The position numbers were made by a program, and so were the translations under genes. 64,000 bases of DNA from assembly GCA_041746575.1 (NCBI GenBank), contig JBGTGT010000101.1, positions 32,001 to 96,000 of the forward strand, read 5' to 3'. Positions 62,250 through 64,000 of the stretch are shown here, in pieces. Source of the DNA: Microcystaceae cyanobacterium. GTDB lineage: Bacteria; Cyanobacteriota; Cyanobacteriia; Cyanobacteriales; Microcystaceae. Numbering within the stretch: position 1 is the stretch's first letter; every line of letters begins with the position of its first letter. The notes under the pieces were generated by a model. That model was not told the origin of the DNA. It ran no database searches and saw only the letters and a list, made by a program, of their open reading frames with translations.

Positions 62250-63812
62250 TTAGTTACTTTGATCGCCACCACCAACATCTAAATTGCCATCGCCAGATTC
62301 TGCACCAAAGTCGATTTGAATTAGGTTCGTGTTGTCGCTGGTGTTGGTATTTTCATTGGTGATGTTATTAACGTTATCAATAACTGAGTCAATGGTGCTG
62401 GTGATGTTTGAAGTCACTTCACCCATGATGTCATTTTCAAGGGTATTAGCTAACTCAGACGGTGAACCGATGCCTTCACCAAAGTCAATATTGCCCGTCG
62501 TTGCCGCCACATCAGATTCAATGTCGCTCATTAACTCATTTGCGCCTTCAATGGCTGAATCTACCGCCGCCTGAGCATCGTTAGCACTATCTAAGGCAGA
62601 ATCCACTGTACTATCCAATGCGCTTTCAATGGCACTATCTAAATCAGACATTCCCCCTTCTAAGGCGGCATCTAAAGCATTATCGATTGCAGAATCGACG
62701 GCTCCGTCCACCTCACTGGTGACATCAGATCCTTCAAGGCCACCAATGTCAACAGCACCACCTTGAGCGTCTGCCGTTGAAGGACCACTTTGAGCGTCTG
62801 CTGTTGAGGGACCACTTTGAGCATCTGCTGTTCCACCTGCACCCCCTTCACTGGTGGTCGTAGAATCCAAAGGGCCGGTTTGAGCGTCTGCTGTTGAAGG
62901 ACCACTTTGAGCGTCTGCTGTCCCACCTGCACTGGTTGAATCAGAGTTTGAGGCATTTTCCCCGTCAATCGAGCCTTCAATGTCAGACTCTAACTCAGAC
63001 AGCGCATCAGAGATCGAATCACCAGAGGCAGAATCACCAGAGGTCGCATTGCCGCCTTCACCTGTTCCCGTTCCTGCAGAGGTAGAAGATCCCCCATTAG
63101 CGGCCGAATCGGACTCAGAAGGACCATTCGTAGCTGATGAGTCGCCGCCATCCGAAGTAGAAGATCCCCCATTAGCAGCCGAATCACCAGAGGTGGCATT
63201 TGAGGGACCGGAGGACGCATCACCAGAGGTGGCAACGCCGCCTTCACCTGTTCCGGTAGAAGACCCACCATTGGCCGTTGAATCGGACTCAGAAGGACCA
63301 CTGGTAGCCGTTGAATCACCACTGTCAGAAGTGGCATCACCACTATCAGAGGTGGCAACGCCGCCTTCACCTGTTCCGGTAGAAGACCCACCATTGGCTG
63401 TTGAATCAGACTCAGAAGGCCCATTAGTGGCCGTTGAATCACCACTATCAGAGGTGGCAGTACCGCCTTCACCTGTTCCGGTAGAAGACCCACCGTTGGC
63501 TGTTGAATCGGAAGTGGAATCTCCTGCTGTGTTGGTAGCGGCAGAATCTCCATCCGAAGTGGAATCTCCTGCTGTATTGGTAGCGGCAGAATCTCCATCC
63601 GAAGTGGAATCAGCCGTATTGTCAGCCGTTGCATCTGAAGTTGCGTCAGCGTTTGAATCAGAAGTAACTTCTACATCCTCTACAGCTGAAGTTGCGGGGT
63701 CTTGAGGGAAAACTTGAGCGAGGCTACGTAATAAGAAGGCATCAAAACCAATTCCTCCCACGGCGGCGAGGACAGCAGTCAAGGCTAACGATTTAATTTT
63801 TTTCATTTTCAT
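62250..63812 (-). CDS. Secreted, extremely acidic Ser/Gly/Asp/Thr/Ala repeat protein
   Basis: Signal-like N-terminus; repeats DSTANGGSSTGTGEGGxATS, TADAQSGPS, DSTSDGDSAATNTAG. Confidence 0.85.
   Translation of the reverse strand: MKMKKIKSLALTAVLAAVGGIGFDAFLLRSLAQVFPQDPATSAVEDVEVTSDSNADATSDATADNTADSTSDGDSAATNTAGDSTSDGDSAATNTAGDSTSDSTANGGSSTGTGEGGTATSDSGDSTATNGPSESDSTANGGSSTGTGEGGVATSDSGDATSDSGDSTATSGPSESDSTANGGSSTGTGEGGVATSGDASSGPSNATSGDSAANGGSSTSDGGDSSATNGPSESDSAANGGSSTSAGTGTGEGGNATSGDSASGDSISDALSELESDIEGSIDGENASNSDSTSAGGTADAQSGPSTADAQTGPLDSTTTSEGGAGGTADAQSGPSTADAQSGPSTADAQGGAVDIGGLEGSDVTSEVDGAVDSAIDNALDAALEGGMSDLDSAIESALDSTVDSALDSANDAQAAVDSAIEGANELMSDIESDVAATTGNIDFGEGIGSPSELANTLENDIMGEVTSNITSTIDSVIDNVNNITNENTNTSDNTNLIQIDFGAESGDGNLDVGGGDQSN
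63511..63600. repeat. 45-bp tandem repeat x2 inside the repeat-protein gene
   Basis: gaagtggaatctcctgctgt(g/a)ttggtagcggcagaatctccatcc twice. Confidence 0.9.
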
Positions 63813-64000
63813 TATCTTAGTCAGAACTCAACTTTATTTATAGGAGAACGAGCGCAACGAATTTACCCTTTTAATTGACGGCTTCAATCATTAATTTGAG
63901 ATTAAGCGATCAATAATAATGGCTTTACTCCGTTTTTCTCTGCGTACTCCTAAATTAATTTTTAATGCGAAAAATTTTTTTGTCAATACGAACAAAATTA

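Noticed and set aside
62750..63610. Possible CRISPR-like repeat array
   Set aside because: Repeats are codon-multiple, in-frame and lack unique spacers; no cas genes
62980..63705. Long alternative ORFs (241 aa plus strand; 214 aa and 102 aa minus strand) over the repeat gene
   Set aside because: Shadow frames left open by repetitive codon usage; only the 520-aa frame has a signal peptide

Overview
A 64-kb window, probably from a unicellular (Chroococcales-like) cyanobacterial chromosome, judged from frequent HIP1 GCGATCGC sites, petC-petA, petN, psbI and pedR. Most of it is housekeeping and stress genes: tal, a transketolase-like gene, gor, msrB, csbD, cbiD, murG, pepN-like, xdhAB, GH116, spmAB, a slr2103-like acyltransferase, three S8 proteases and tRNA-His. 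Features missed by the ORF track include a Yfr2-type sRNA, petN plus a small downstream membrane ORF, a ~160-bp MITE, and Fic, RelBE, CHAT and IS630 remnants. A small decaying defence/toxin islet (38.7-41.1 kb) holds a DUF6883/DUF4926-like pair, a 54-bp direct repeat and an mrr gene broken by an 8-bp duplication. My best candidate for an undescribed system is the secreted pair at 61.2-63.8 kb: a repeat protein whose mature part has no K/R/H/C/W/Y, and a partner sharing an Asn-ladder motif and ending in a Cys-bracketed beta-hairpin plus coiled coil. Other candidates are an EEP nuclease + YukJ/LTD operon flanked by mobile-element debris, a Ser/Thr kinase-ATPase-GAF-PAS protein ending in a second ATPase instead of a His kinase, and two recurring promoter palindromes. 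All family names come from motif recognition by eye; no database searches were run.
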